From Patescibacteria group bacterium (GTDB lineage: Bacteria > Patescibacteriota > Minisyncoccia > Phycocordibacterales > SBAW01), in assembly GCA_028871115.1 (NCBI GenBank), contig JAGWOD010000004.1:1-55132 (forward strand): 55,132 bases of DNA. Direction: 5' to 3'. Both the position numbers and the translations under genes were made by a program. Each line of letters starts with the position of its first letter. Position 1 is the stretch's first letter. This document shows, piece after piece, positions 8,568-18,071 of this stretch. Below the pieces are notes generated by a model, which searched no databases, had not been told where the DNA came from, and worked only from the letters and a program-made list of their open reading frames with translations.

Positions 8568-10547
8568 TTAGTGCGCTGAAACAATATCCATTCCTTGCGT
8601 AAACCCAGAATCATTGGTGAGCGTCGTCGTGGGGCCCGGCGCGCTTGCCGTAACGGTAGTCTGCGCAAAATGATCTTGGCCCTGGAATTGTACCTCGCCG
8701 GTGAGCGCGGGGGCTTGCCCTACTTGCGAGAGGGAGGGTGTAAGCGTCACCTCGAAAGCTCCCTGCTGCGCCGTGGAGCTGTACCCTACTCCTGCCGGAA
8801 GATCCCCGATTGCCCAAGTGACCGTACGAGTCGAATCGTCATAGGTGATATTCTCTCCGGTTCCGGTCTGGGCGCCGTCCCACGTGACGTAGGGGGGAAG
8901 CGTTGCCGTCACTACTGCTTCCCCTATCGAATTAGATGAATTTTTAACGGACCACACAATGGCGTAGGTTGTACCCTCCCCCGCCACAGGAGGCATTGCT
9001 CCTGTCTCATTGAAAGGACCCGAGAAGTGGAGCGCCTCAGCGGAAAGAGAGATGGTAGAGGAGAGATCGATAGTAGCACTCGCAGCGGAGGAGACGCTTT
9101 GCGGCGTGCCGCTCTGGTCAAGCTGTGTCCCTGCGACCGTAAGCGTGAGACCGACTGACGGATTGACGAGAGCTCCTGCTGAAGGTTGGAGTGTGGCGAA
9201 GGAGAATTGAAGCGTCCCTGAGGCGCCGGGCGCCACCGAAGCAAGAGCAGGATCTTGCTGACTGTTCCAGACAATTTGATTCTTTGTTGAATCATAAAAC
9301 CCCCCTTGGGCCCCGACTGAGGAAGGATCAACAGCATTTCCTGCAAGAGAGAGCGTGAAGGTGAGGTCGGAGACGCTTTGCGAGAGGTTATTCTGCCAAT
9401 TAATTACTCCCTGCATGAGTTTTCCTTGCGGTTCGGCAATCGTTTGCCCCGTCTGTCCGTCGATTGCAATCTCACCGCTCACAAACGGTTTTGCAACCGT
9501 GATAGTTTCCGGCACTGATATAAGGGGTACCGCGATGGTCGTCTCCGTAGGATCGCTTTCAGAACCAACGAGGAAGTGAAAGACTCGCTGGTCTCCGTCT
9601 TGCCCGACAAGTACGCCTGTGAGGGACAGGTTTGTCGAGCCTCCCGGGTTGAGCGCTCCGAGATGCCACATCGTGCCGCTCGTATCAGATTCGGGTGTAG
9701 AACTCGCGAGAGAAAATCCGAACGGATACTGCCCTTGTACGGCGACATTCTGGAGCGGAGTCGCGGAATTGGAGGATACCTGGAGATTCATGGTGAAGGG
9801 CTGGCCTGAGATGACCTGCGAAGGAGCACTGATCGCGAGCGAGACGGGCGCTGATCCGATTGTGAAGAGCACTTCCGCCTGTTTGACGAAGATAGCGTTG
9901 GAACCGGGGATTTGGTACTCGAGAGTCGCGGTAATTTGCTCTTGGGTCCCTTCCGCACCATAAAAGACGGCCGAGGAAGTTTCTTTGAGCTCTTGTCCTG
10001 AGGCAATCGTGCCTATGTCTACCTGGTCATGGGGAAGATTTTGCGTCGTGTCACTCGGATCACGAGTGCCTTGAGGGTAGTCGATCGCGATATCCGCGTT
10101 TTGAAGCGTCGTCGAGTTTCTATTGTCGATGATGTACTGGACCGTCACTGTATCTCCACTGTTAACGAGCGAGGGCGCTACAATCTGCAGATCAATATTG
10201 CTCGAGGAGATGGTATTCCCCCCTCCAAAAAAGGTATACGCGGCAACACCGGAGGCAATAACAAAAAATATAAGCGCCCCCCATAGAAAGTAGGAGGAAA
10301 AAGGGCGCCGCCTCGGACCCCGGGGCATAAGATTGAGAGGTGCCACTCGCACGCTCCCCGGTGGCGCTCCACCCCCGACCTCCTCCGCAGGAGCGCTATC
10401 TCCGGGAGAGCGAATACCGTCCCATGAACGGGAGAGTTTGGAGCGCAAGGGAGAAAGTGGCGTGCGTGCTGCGGGATCGACCGAAGGGCCTCCCTTGCGA
10501 GAGTAGAGTCTGTCTTTCAGGCGCTCGACGGCGCTTTTTCCTGCCAT
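8568..10547 (-). CDS. Membrane-anchored Ig-like repeat (DUF11-like) surface protein
   Basis: Cytoplasmic N-terminus, one TM (~aa 85-107), S/T/G-rich beta modules (W.LG.L.PG, W.IG.LPAG). Confidence 0.8.
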   Translation of the reverse strand: MAGKSAVERLKDRLYSRKGGPSVDPAARTPLSPLRSKLSRSWDGIRSPGDSAPAEEVGGGAPPGSVRVAPLNLMPRGPRRRPFSSYFLWGALIFFVIASGVAAYTFFGGGNTISSSNIDLQIVAPSLVNSGDTVTVQYIIDNRNSTTLQNADIAIDYPQGTRDPSDTTQNLPHDQVDIGTIASGQELKETSSAVFYGAEGTQEQITATLEYQIPGSNAIFVKQAEVLFTIGSAPVSLAISAPSQVISGQPFTMNLQVSSNSATPLQNVAVQGQYPFGFSLASSTPESDTSGTMWHLGALNPGGSTNLSLTGVLVGQDGDQRVFHFLVGSESDPTETTIAVPLISVPETITVAKPFVSGEIAIDGQTGQTIAEPQGKLMQGVINWQNNLSQSVSDLTFTLSLAGNAVDPSSVGAQGGFYDSTKNQIVWNSQQDPALASVAPGASGTLQFSFATLQPSAGALVNPSVGLTLTVAGTQLDQSGTPQSVSSAASATIDLSSTISLSAEALHFSGPFNETGAMPPVAGEGTTYAIVWSVKNSSNSIGEAVVTATLPPYVTWDGAQTGTGENITYDDSTRTVTWAIGDLPAGVGYSSTAQQGAFEVTLTPSLSQVGQAPALTGEVQFQGQDHFAQTTVTASAPGPTTTLTNDSGFTQGMDIVSAH

Positions 10548-10623
10548 TGTAGAAAATAATACCGCTTCTCTATCTGAACTCCTATAGGCCTATTTCTTAT
10601 GGTCAAGGCGCTATACTTACGAA

Positions 10624-10791
10624 ATGGAATCCCGCACGCTCATCTGGATAGGCCTTTTTGTCGGCTCAACGATTGGGGGGCTCATACCTGAACTCTGGGG
10701 CGCGGGAATGTTCTCCATGTCCTCTCTATTCTTGAGTGGCGCGGGAGCGATCGCTGGTATTTGGGTCGGATTCAAGGTCTCGCGATGGTAG
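10624..10791 (+). CDS. Small 55-aa membrane protein (not in the ORF track)
   Basis: MESRTLIWIGLFVGSTIGGLIPELWGAGMFSMSSLFLSGAGAIAGIWVGFKVSRW; TATACT-N6-ATG. Confidence 0.85.
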   Translation: MESRTLIWIGLFVGSTIGGLIPELWGAGMFSMSSLFLSGAGAIAGIWVGFKVSRW

Positions 10792-10859
10792 TGGGGTCGC
10801 CTTGCAGCAGCGATCATTCTCAAGTAGCGTTAGCCCCAGAATCCCTATGGAGGAACTCC

Positions 10860-11444
10860 GTGCATCTGATCCTTCCTACTACACATCCTGACCTCCGGCA
10901 GTTTGAACATTTGCCTTTGTTTTTTCTCGCGGGACCCACTGAGGGCGGCGGCAATTGGCATCAGCGGATGTTGAAGCTTCTCGCGGAGAGAGTCGGCGAC
11001 TGTATCGTTGTCGATCCAAGTTGCTACCCTTCTGGTCATCCACTAGAGCGCCAGAAAATGAAAGGCCGCGAGGGTATGTTCCCTCGTCAAACCGACTGGG
11101 AACGCTATTACCTCCACACCGCCGCTGAGAAATGGACTGCCGGGTGTATCATCTTCTGGCTGCCCGAAGAAAGTGCGGATGAACCGCGCACTGATGGAAA
11201 ACCCTACACCATGAATACGAGCGATGCGATCGGTGAGTGGAGGGGCCGTCTCATGTTCAATAGGTGCTTGCGAGTCGTCGTAGGAGCTGAGCCCAATTTC
11301 CCGGGCCTCAGCCAGATCGCTCGAAACTTCGAGATGGCGCTCGGTAATGAGTTCAAGCTCTACGACAGTATGGAAGGCGTGGTCGAGCGTGCCGCTTATT
11401 TTGCGGACGCAAGTCATTCCTTCGAGACACGCGTGCGCCGCTAA
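10860..11444 (+). CDS. Nucleoside 2-deoxyribosyltransferase-like protein
   Basis: FFLAGP..GGGNW, VVDP, QTDWER.YL, IIFWL; GGAGG (10849) before GTG 10860. Confidence 0.75.
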   Translation: MHLILPTTHPDLRQFEHLPLFFLAGPTEGGGNWHQRMLKLLAERVGDCIVVDPSCYPSGHPLERQKMKGREGMFPRQTDWERYYLHTAAEKWTAGCIIFWLPEESADEPRTDGKPYTMNTSDAIGEWRGRLMFNRCLRVVVGAEPNFPGLSQIARNFEMALGNEFKLYDSMEGVVERAAYFADASHSFETRVRR

Positions 11445-11450
11445 GCCTAT

Positions 11451-11488
11451 GCCGCCTTCCCTGTTCTCTGGAATGGCGGCTTTTCTTT
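11451..11488 (+). terminator. Intrinsic terminator
   Basis: GCCGCC-TTCC...GGAA-TGGCGGC followed by TTTTCTTT. Confidence 0.7.
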
Positions 11489-11565
11489 ACTGCGGAGAAG
11501 CTATTGATAAATAATCTGCTATAGGGTATTTAATCTCCAGTCCTATCAGTACCAGGGAGGAGAGT

Positions 11566-12006
11566 GTGGGGACAGTAGTGTTCCAGCGTGCTGACCTAAA
11601 ACACGCAAGAGAGATTGCCGCTATCGCTACCGAAGCATTCCAAAACAACCGGTGGACGGAAGGGTATGTCATCCACACAATGTACCGTTACTGTGTGTAT
11701 GTTTTGGAAGAAGGTTCCGAAGCTATCGGTTGCCTTATGTCTGAGAACATGGGGCCGACGTCAGCCTACATCGCAGGTGTTGCGATCAGAGCCAACCGAC
11801 GACGGATGGGCAACGGGCGCATCCTCCTCAAGCACGCGCTCAAACGGCTCGAGGACGAAAAGAAAAAAACATTACTCTTGCATACACTTTCCACCAATAC
11901 GCCGGCAATACGCCTCTATGAGTCAATGGGCTTTAAACCAACCGGCAATAAAAAGAAATTTCCGGGAGGATCGGAAGAAATTGAGTTCATTAGAACCACC
12001 CCGTAG
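11566..12006 (+). CDS. GNAT (RimI-like) N-acetyltransferase
   Basis: Motif A VAIRANRRRMGNGR.LL, motif B NTPAIRLYESMGF; GGAGG SD upstream. Confidence 0.92.
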   Translation: MGTVVFQRADLKHAREIAAIATEAFQNNRWTEGYVIHTMYRYCVYVLEEGSEAIGCLMSENMGPTSAYIAGVAIRANRRRMGNGRILLKHALKRLEDEKKKTLLLHTLSTNTPAIRLYESMGFKPTGNKKKFPGGSEEIEFIRTTP

Positions 12007-12026
12007 CAAGACGGGGTGATTTTTTA
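11997..12026 (+). terminator. Intrinsic terminator between convergent GNAT and recO
   Basis: CACCCCGT-AGCAAG-ACGGGGTG plus T-run. Confidence 0.75.
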
Positions 12027-12608
12027 TTACAGTCCGCTCACAGAGAGCGAATCGTTGATGGCACGAATAAGGGTAGAGCGCCGCTGTGCTGCCCGAGCCG
12101 CAAGCTCAAGAGAAAGATCTTCATCAGCAATAAATGGCGCCAATTCCGCTGTCTTGGGCAGATACCCAAGCGAAAAAAGGATCCGCAACACTAAGACACA
12201 CTCGATGCTTTCGCACCCCTGAGAATCCGAAACACTTGAGAGAAGTGCGAATCCATGTGAGACATGTTCGTAGAGTTGTTGCGAGACCTCTTCGCCTTGA
12301 ATGAGGCGCACAAGGAGGCGACATACCCGCCCCGCAACAATCCGGGCACTCAAGGAAGCGCTCATGAGCGGATAGGAAATAGCATCAACTCCCGCCACCT
12401 TCCATTCGTGCCTGCCCGCTACAAGCGAAAAACGTCCACAGGTAAAGGGCTCAAGTCCATAGCGCAGTTTACTCTGCTCTCGCCGAGCGCTTTTCGCGGA
12501 AGCATAGATAAGCCCAAGTTCCCGAGTATGCAGTTGCACCAGAGTAGTAGCTTCACCGAGCCCCCGTTTCCCAAGCACAATTCCCTCAGTAGTTATCTTG
12601 CGCGTCAT
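12027..12608 (-). CDS. recO: DNA repair protein RecO (short form)
   Basis: TEGIVL....GEA..LV.L.TRELGLI.A.AKSAR...SKL...LEPF N-terminal OB fold. Confidence 0.9.
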   Translation of the reverse strand: MTRKITTEGIVLGKRGLGEATTLVQLHTRELGLIYASAKSARREQSKLRYGLEPFTCGRFSLVAGRHEWKVAGVDAISYPLMSASLSARIVAGRVCRLLVRLIQGEEVSQQLYEHVSHGFALLSSVSDSQGCESIECVLVLRILFSLGYLPKTAELAPFIADEDLSLELAARAAQRRSTLIRAINDSLSVSGL

Positions 12609-15600
12609 GAAAACTCAAAAACAAGCGGGAAGGAAATATCTCCAATATGCTCTTCCCCTCCCTCTTTGGAGGCGAGAGAAGCGAGACCTGTCGCAGCGAT
12701 GATCTGCGCTTTGAATTTAGTAAGAAATGCTATTCCCTGAACATCCGTTACAACAGAGAGAGATGGTCGATCAATAACGGATAGGCCATGAGTTTTGCGT
12801 GCGTCTTGGATAGCACGCACAACATCCCGAAGCACTCCTTCTTCACGCAGCTCGGGAGTGATTTCCGTATCAAGCCACACCTCTTCCTTGAGGTTCGGAT
12901 TATGTGCCACACGCTTAACGTTTACTTCCTCAGAGAGGATCGTTCGTACTGCCTCATCCTCAGGAAGATCGCGCGCTTCAAGAAGCCCAAGGGGCTGGCG
13001 CACGCGAATGCCTGCACGCTCCCGCACCTCAAGCGCGCGGGAAGCGATAGCGCGGATAAGCGTCATATCGGCAAGGATGGTGTTATCGACCGCTCTCTCT
13101 GCGGGCCAGGGCTCAAGATGCACGCTCTCTTTTTCTCCGCCCGCTCCTGTATAGATGCTCTCGGCAATAAAAGGCATGATCGGCGCAATAAGCATGGCGA
13201 GAGTGAGGAGTGTCTCGCGCTGAGTGCCAAGAGCGTATTGTTTGTCCGCTTCGTCTTTGCCGCGCACCCGCTCGCGGGAGCGACGCACGTACCATGTCGA
13301 ATAGTCGTCAACAAACATCCGCACTGCCCGACAGGCACGAGGCGTATCATATGCGTCGAGCGCATCGGTTACTTCACGCATGAGCTCTCCCAAGCGGGAG
13401 CGCGCCCACCGATCGAGCGGGTTGGAGCTATCCGCCGCACGAATCCCAGGAGTATATTCGTGTTTATATAATTCGAAAAATTTAAAGGAGTTCCAAAGAA
13501 TTCCGATGACGCGGTTGTGCACCTCCCGAATGTCCTCGTCACGGAACGCGAGATCTTCGCCGTGCATGATGGGCCCTGCCATAAGATAAAAACGCAATGC
13601 GTCAGCTCCAAAACGCTCGAGAAGCATCAGAGGATCGGTGTAATTGCCTTTCGATTTGCTCATTTTTGAGCCGTCAGCGGCAAGAACCGTCCCCGTCGAG
13701 ACGACGTTGCGAAATGCATGCGAATTGAAGAGCGCCACGCTTATGGCGTGCATGTAGTAAAACCAGGTGCGTGTTTGGGCAATATACTCAGCGATAAAAT
13801 CGCCTGGGAAACGTCTCTTGAATTCCTTTTCATGATCGAACGGGTAGTGAAGCTCCGCGAATGGCATCGCGCCCGATTCCACCCAGCAGTCGATGACTTC
13901 GGGGATACGCTTGTACTCTCTCCCCTCATCATCAAGAAGCACAATCGAGTCGGTATAGGGGCGGTGCAGGTCGAGTTCAAATTTTTTATTGACCGGCAAG
14001 GGCACAAACGGAATCTCCCGTACTTCGGCAGGACCTGCGGTCATTCCCTCAGCAAGCGTAAATATCTCATTTCCTGAAAGGCCAGCAGCTGCCGTAAAGA
14101 GGGATGAGAATGCGACCTTGTGGGAGACAATGAGAACAATCGAGTTCTGGTAGCGCTCCTCATAGTCATACAGAGCCTGACCGAAGCGTATTTTTATCTC
14201 TTCAAGGCTTTCCCCTCCCTTTGGGAGGGCCGTATACCAATCGGGCTGTTCGATGAAATCGAAGTACTTCTTTCTCGGCTGTTCGTTAAATTCTCCAAAT
14301 CTAATTTCTTTCAACCGCTCATCGAAAACAATTTCTCCCTCGGGAACCCCGAGTTCTCTCGCCATGATTTCCGCCGTCTGCTGAGCGCGCAGAATCGGCG
14401 AAGCAATGATAACAAGCGGCATTCCGCGGGGAATTGCTCCAGCGGCTTCCCGCACCTGCTCCCGACCTTTTTCAGTGAGCGGATGCTTCCCTTCAAAATC
14501 ATCGGAATAGACGCCTTGAAGCATGTGGGTCGCTTCTCCGTGGCGCATAAGAAAATAGCGATTTCCAGAGCGCTTCGTGCGCCTCTTGAGCTCCTCGAGC
14601 GACCCGATGATCATCACACGATTTCCCTTCTTCTCTTTCCAGATAGGAAGCGGGGAGGCCCAAAATCGATTACGGGAGATGGTCCAATCAGGAGCTCCCT
14701 CGACAATGTTGCGGAAGCGTCCTTCTTTGAGGTGTTCGGGGACCCACCGGATACGTTCATTTTCTTCAAGCATGCGCTCCTTCACTGTTTTCTTCTCCCC
14801 CTTGGGGGCTGCATTAATCGCAATGAACCACGATGCTACGGCGTCATAGATAAGCGGCGTTCCGCAACGGTAGCAGTGAGGATAGGAGTGCGTGTGCATC
14901 TCGCGCTTGAAGAGAAGCCCCCGATGTTCGAGATCCTCTTTGATCACTTTTTCTGCCTTTTTTATATATTGGCCTTGAATGAAGGCGGGGGCCTCATGAG
15001 TGTAGTGTGCGCCGGGGTCAAGAAGCTGTACCATAGGGAGCCCTTCTTTCTCTCCGAGCTTGAAATCATCCTCTCCGTACATCACGGCGGTATGCACTAT
15101 GCCGGTGCCTTCATGGGTCGTAACAAACTCGGCAGGGAGTACGACATACTTTTTTCCGTGGTGAGCACTCACCGAAGGAATCTCGTAGAGAGGTTCGTAT
15201 TCACGCCCGGTAAGTTTTGCACCAGAAACTTTTTCAAGAATACGCGCGCCCGGAGCAACGGCTTCCACCCGATCGGCCGCAAGCCAGAGAGATCCCTCAG
15301 GAGTCTCTACCTTTACATACTGAACCTCCGGATTCACCGCGAGCGCGACATTGCCGGGGAGAGTCCAGGGAGTCGTCGTCCATGCAAGAAAATATTCGTT
15401 TTCCTTTCCTTTTGCTTTGAATCGCACCGTGAGCGCCTCTTCAGTGATGTCCTTATACGTGTTATCCATGGCGATCTCCGCCTTCGCAAGCGGGGTCTCG
15501 CAATGAGGGCAGTACATGAGTACTTTGCGGCCTTCGTAAAGGAGTCCTTTTTCCCAGAGGGACTTGAGAGCCCACCATACCGATTCGATATAGGAGTTAT

Positions 15601-16042
15601 CCATCGTCTTGTAGGAATTACGGAAATCCACCCACCGGCCGATGCGCTCGATATATTTCTCCCATTCACGATCAAACTGCATGACACTTGAACGTGCCGT
15701 CTCATTGAAGACATCGATGCCGAGCGTGAGTATGTCTTTCTTCGTTTTGAGACCGAGTTTTTTCTCAACGTAGGTTTCAATCGGCAAGCCATGACAATCC
15801 CATCCCCATCGTCGCTCTACTCGGTAACCACGCATCGTCTTATACCGACCGACGGCGTCTTTTATCGAGGAGCCCAAAATGTGTCCGATGTGCGGAAGAC
15901 CGTTAGCGAAGGGCGGACCGTCATAAAACACAAACTCCCCTTCCGGGGCCTCTTTAGCAACCGATTTATCAAAAATAGTATGCTCTTTCCAGAACGCGAG
16001 TATTTCTTCTTCGCGTTTGGTCGTTTCTGATTTTGCGGGCAT
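12605..16042 (-). CDS. ileS: Isoleucine--tRNA ligase (type 2) with inserted histidine-phosphatase domain
   Basis: FYDGPPFANGLPHIGH, GWDCHGLP, WTTTPWTLPGN, GTGIVH, WTISRNRFW, DLHRP, KMSKSKGN; start trimmed to ATG 16042. Confidence 0.97.
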   Translation of the reverse strand: MPAKSETTKREEEILAFWKEHTIFDKSVAKEAPEGEFVFYDGPPFANGLPHIGHILGSSIKDAVGRYKTMRGYRVERRWGWDCHGLPIETYVEKKLGLKTKKDILTLGIDVFNETARSSVMQFDREWEKYIERIGRWVDFRNSYKTMDNSYIESVWWALKSLWEKGLLYEGRKVLMYCPHCETPLAKAEIAMDNTYKDITEEALTVRFKAKGKENEYFLAWTTTPWTLPGNVALAVNPEVQYVKVETPEGSLWLAADRVEAVAPGARILEKVSGAKLTGREYEPLYEIPSVSAHHGKKYVVLPAEFVTTHEGTGIVHTAVMYGEDDFKLGEKEGLPMVQLLDPGAHYTHEAPAFIQGQYIKKAEKVIKEDLEHRGLLFKREMHTHSYPHCYRCGTPLIYDAVASWFIAINAAPKGEKKTVKERMLEENERIRWVPEHLKEGRFRNIVEGAPDWTISRNRFWASPLPIWKEKKGNRVMIIGSLEELKRRTKRSGNRYFLMRHGEATHMLQGVYSDDFEGKHPLTEKGREQVREAAGAIPRGMPLVIIASPILRAQQTAEIMARELGVPEGEIVFDERLKEIRFGEFNEQPRKKYFDFIEQPDWYTALPKGGESLEEIKIRFGQALYDYEERYQNSIVLIVSHKVAFSSLFTAAAGLSGNEIFTLAEGMTAGPAEVREIPFVPLPVNKKFELDLHRPYTDSIVLLDDEGREYKRIPEVIDCWVESGAMPFAELHYPFDHEKEFKRRFPGDFIAEYIAQTRTWFYYMHAISVALFNSHAFRNVVSTGTVLAADGSKMSKSKGNYTDPLMLLERFGADALRFYLMAGPIMHGEDLAFRDEDIREVHNRVIGILWNSFKFFELYKHEYTPGIRAADSSNPLDRWARSRLGELMREVTDALDAYDTPRACRAVRMFVDDYSTWYVRRSRERVRGKDEADKQYALGTQRETLLTLAMLIAPIMPFIAESIYTGAGGEKESVHLEPWPAERAVDNTILADMTLIRAIASRALEVRERAGIRVRQPLGLLEARDLPEDEAVRTILSEEVNVKRVAHNPNLKEEVWLDTEITPELREEGVLRDVVRAIQDARKTHGLSVIDRPSLSVVTDVQGIAFLTKFKAQIIAATGLASLASKEGGEEHIGDISFPLVFEFS

Positions 16043-16100
16043 ATCAGGACCCGTCTTCAGCTTTACCATGTACGTGCCAATGATATGACACTCCATACAT

Positions 16101-16130
16101 AAAAGAAAGTCGGCCGCGCGGCGGCCGACT
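16101..16130 (-). terminator. Intrinsic terminator upstream of ileS
   Basis: Perfect stem AGTCGGCCGC/GCGGCCGACT (16108-16130); TTCTTTT follows on the minus strand. Confidence 0.8.
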
Positions 16131-16293
16131 AAAGGGTATCGCTACTAAAAGACAGCGTGTTCGGATCATACGTTTGCTCCTTGGCAAACGTTTCATGTGG
16201 AGGTGCAGTCTCTTTTTGAAGAGCTCTGCGGACTTGTTCTTTGCGTGTCTCGATGTGCGCTGGCGGCTTCAGCCGCGAAGTTCGCAAACACAT
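16129..16293 (-). CDS. Small 54-aa hypothetical protein (not in the ORF track)
   Basis: GGGGGAG SD, then MCLRTSRLKPPAHIETRKEQVRRALQKETAPPHETFAKEQTYDPNTLSFSSDTL; stop runs directly into the terminator. Confidence 0.55.
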   Translation of the reverse strand: MCLRTSRLKPPAHIETRKEQVRRALQKETAPPHETFAKEQTYDPNTLSFSSDTL

Positions 16294-16352
16294 ATTTCAC
16301 TCCCCCGTGAACTTGCTGCTATTAGCCTAGCATGTCTTTGCCAACAAGTGTG

Positions 16353-18041
16353 CTACATCTCCTCGGGCGCAGCGCAGCCGAGAAAGAAGAGCCCGTTACA
16401 TAGCGTCTGGCGTACTGCATCGACCAGTACAAGCCGGGAGGCTTCTCTACTGCCTCCATCAAGCACTCTTACTTGCCCATACCATGAATTGAATGCTCCA
16501 GAAAGCTCTGCGAGGTAGTGGACAAGGTAATGTGGTTCGTATTCCTCAGCGGCACGAGCCACTATTTCAGGAAAGCGGGGTAGTAATCGCTGGACCTCTG
16601 CCGCCGCTTCCTCTAGCTCCTCACCAAAGGAGGCCTTTGGAGCGGGTAGTACGCCTTTTTCTTTTGCCTTTTTGAGGATCGATACACAGCGCGTATGTGC
16701 ATACTGTAGATAGGGCCCTGAATCCCCCTCAAGAGAGAGAGACTTTTCTTCATCGAAGATAATATTCTTTCCGCTACTTTGTTTGAGTACGCTATATTTT
16801 ATGGCGGCTACGGCGATTTCTTCCGCCACTCTCTCCTTCTCGAGAGGCTCACGTCCTGTCATCTTGTCTTTCGCGGCAAGAATCATTTCTTTGATGAGCG
16901 CTTCTCCAGTGATGACATTTCCTTTGCGCGAGGACATTTTGCCGCTCGCAAGCTGCATCATGCCGTGAGGAAGATGCTCGAAGACGCCCCGCCAGGCTGG
17001 GTGGATTGAGAACAGTGCCGCGAAGACTACTTTGAAGTAATCACTCTGCTCGTTTGCCGTGATTGTTATCGAGTGATCAAATTTCACTCGTTCGCGCTTT
17101 AATTCCGCAAGCCCCAACTCCTTGGCCTCGTAGGTAGGCGTTCCCATGCGGGTAATAAACACGCGTGTGTGAAGACCCATCGCCTCACCTCGAAACACCA
17201 TCGCCCCATCGCTCTCTTCGAAAAATTCCTTGTGTGCACGGACAATTGCAATGCCGCGCGGGCCCGTTTCACTTTCAAAAAAATATTCGTCAAATTTCGT
17301 ACCGAGGAGCTGGTAGATTTCCTCGAAATGCTTCAGGGAGAGAGCGCGACCGTATTCGTAGAGCGTCTCAACCTTCGGATCGCTGTGTTCATAAATCGCT
17401 TTGTTGAGAATATCAATATCACCTCGAGCATGTTCATCGCTCTCATAGGCGCGATCCCCTTCTACATAGGCCTTTCCAATTTCTGCTATGGTGGGCTTCT
17501 CTACCCCTTCTCTCAGAAGAGCAAAAAGAGCCTTCGCCACGTGAGGCCCTACGTCTCCTTGATAATTGGCGCGGATAACCATTGCTCCCGTCGCTTCAAG
17601 AAGCCTCGCGACACTTTCTCCGAGCGCGTTGCTCATGAGGTGCCCGATGTGGAACTCTTTGAACGGATTGGGCTGCGTGTATTCGACCATGATCCGCTTC
17701 CTGACATTAGAAGTATTGCCGCCCCAGGCTTTTCCTGTTGGGGCAATTTGGGAGATTGTATTGTTAAAAAAATCCTGACTTAGCGTGAAGTTTATGAATC
17801 CTGGCGGAGCAATATCTATACGCGCAACAGCAGCAAGAGCACTCTCTTGAAGAGAAGCTCGCAGCGCTTCGGCAACTTCGCGCGGTTTCTTCCCGAGCGC
17901 CTTGGCAGCGCTGAGCGCAGCATTGGTCGCATAGTCGGCGTTCGTCTCTGCGGGCGGGTACTCAAGAGAAAATGCACTGTCCCCTGCCCCTAGGGCTTCG
18001 AGCGCTTCCCGCAAAGCGTTCTCTATATCTTCGCGAACCAT
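16353..18041 (-). CDS. argS: Arginine--tRNA ligase
   Basis: PGFINF, VEYTQPNPFKEFHIGH, KMSSRKGN, GDSGPYLQYAH, ends PEEM. Confidence 0.97.
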   Translation of the reverse strand: MVREDIENALREALEALGAGDSAFSLEYPPAETNADYATNAALSAAKALGKKPREVAEALRASLQESALAAVARIDIAPPGFINFTLSQDFFNNTISQIAPTGKAWGGNTSNVRKRIMVEYTQPNPFKEFHIGHLMSNALGESVARLLEATGAMVIRANYQGDVGPHVAKALFALLREGVEKPTIAEIGKAYVEGDRAYESDEHARGDIDILNKAIYEHSDPKVETLYEYGRALSLKHFEEIYQLLGTKFDEYFFESETGPRGIAIVRAHKEFFEESDGAMVFRGEAMGLHTRVFITRMGTPTYEAKELGLAELKRERVKFDHSITITANEQSDYFKVVFAALFSIHPAWRGVFEHLPHGMMQLASGKMSSRKGNVITGEALIKEMILAAKDKMTGREPLEKERVAEEIAVAAIKYSVLKQSSGKNIIFDEEKSLSLEGDSGPYLQYAHTRCVSILKKAKEKGVLPAPKASFGEELEEAAAEVQRLLPRFPEIVARAAEEYEPHYLVHYLAELSGAFNSWYGQVRVLDGGSREASRLVLVDAVRQTLCNGLFFLGCAAPEEM

Positions 18042-18071
18042 ACGAAGAAGAGTACCAGATACCTGACCACA

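Noticed and set aside
14120..15691. 523-aa plus-strand ORF
   Set aside because: Entirely antisense to ileS with no motifs; a shadow ORF
16110..16350. T-box riboswitch upstream of ileS
   Set aside because: No T-box consensus or specifier stem seen; a small ORF plus terminator fits better
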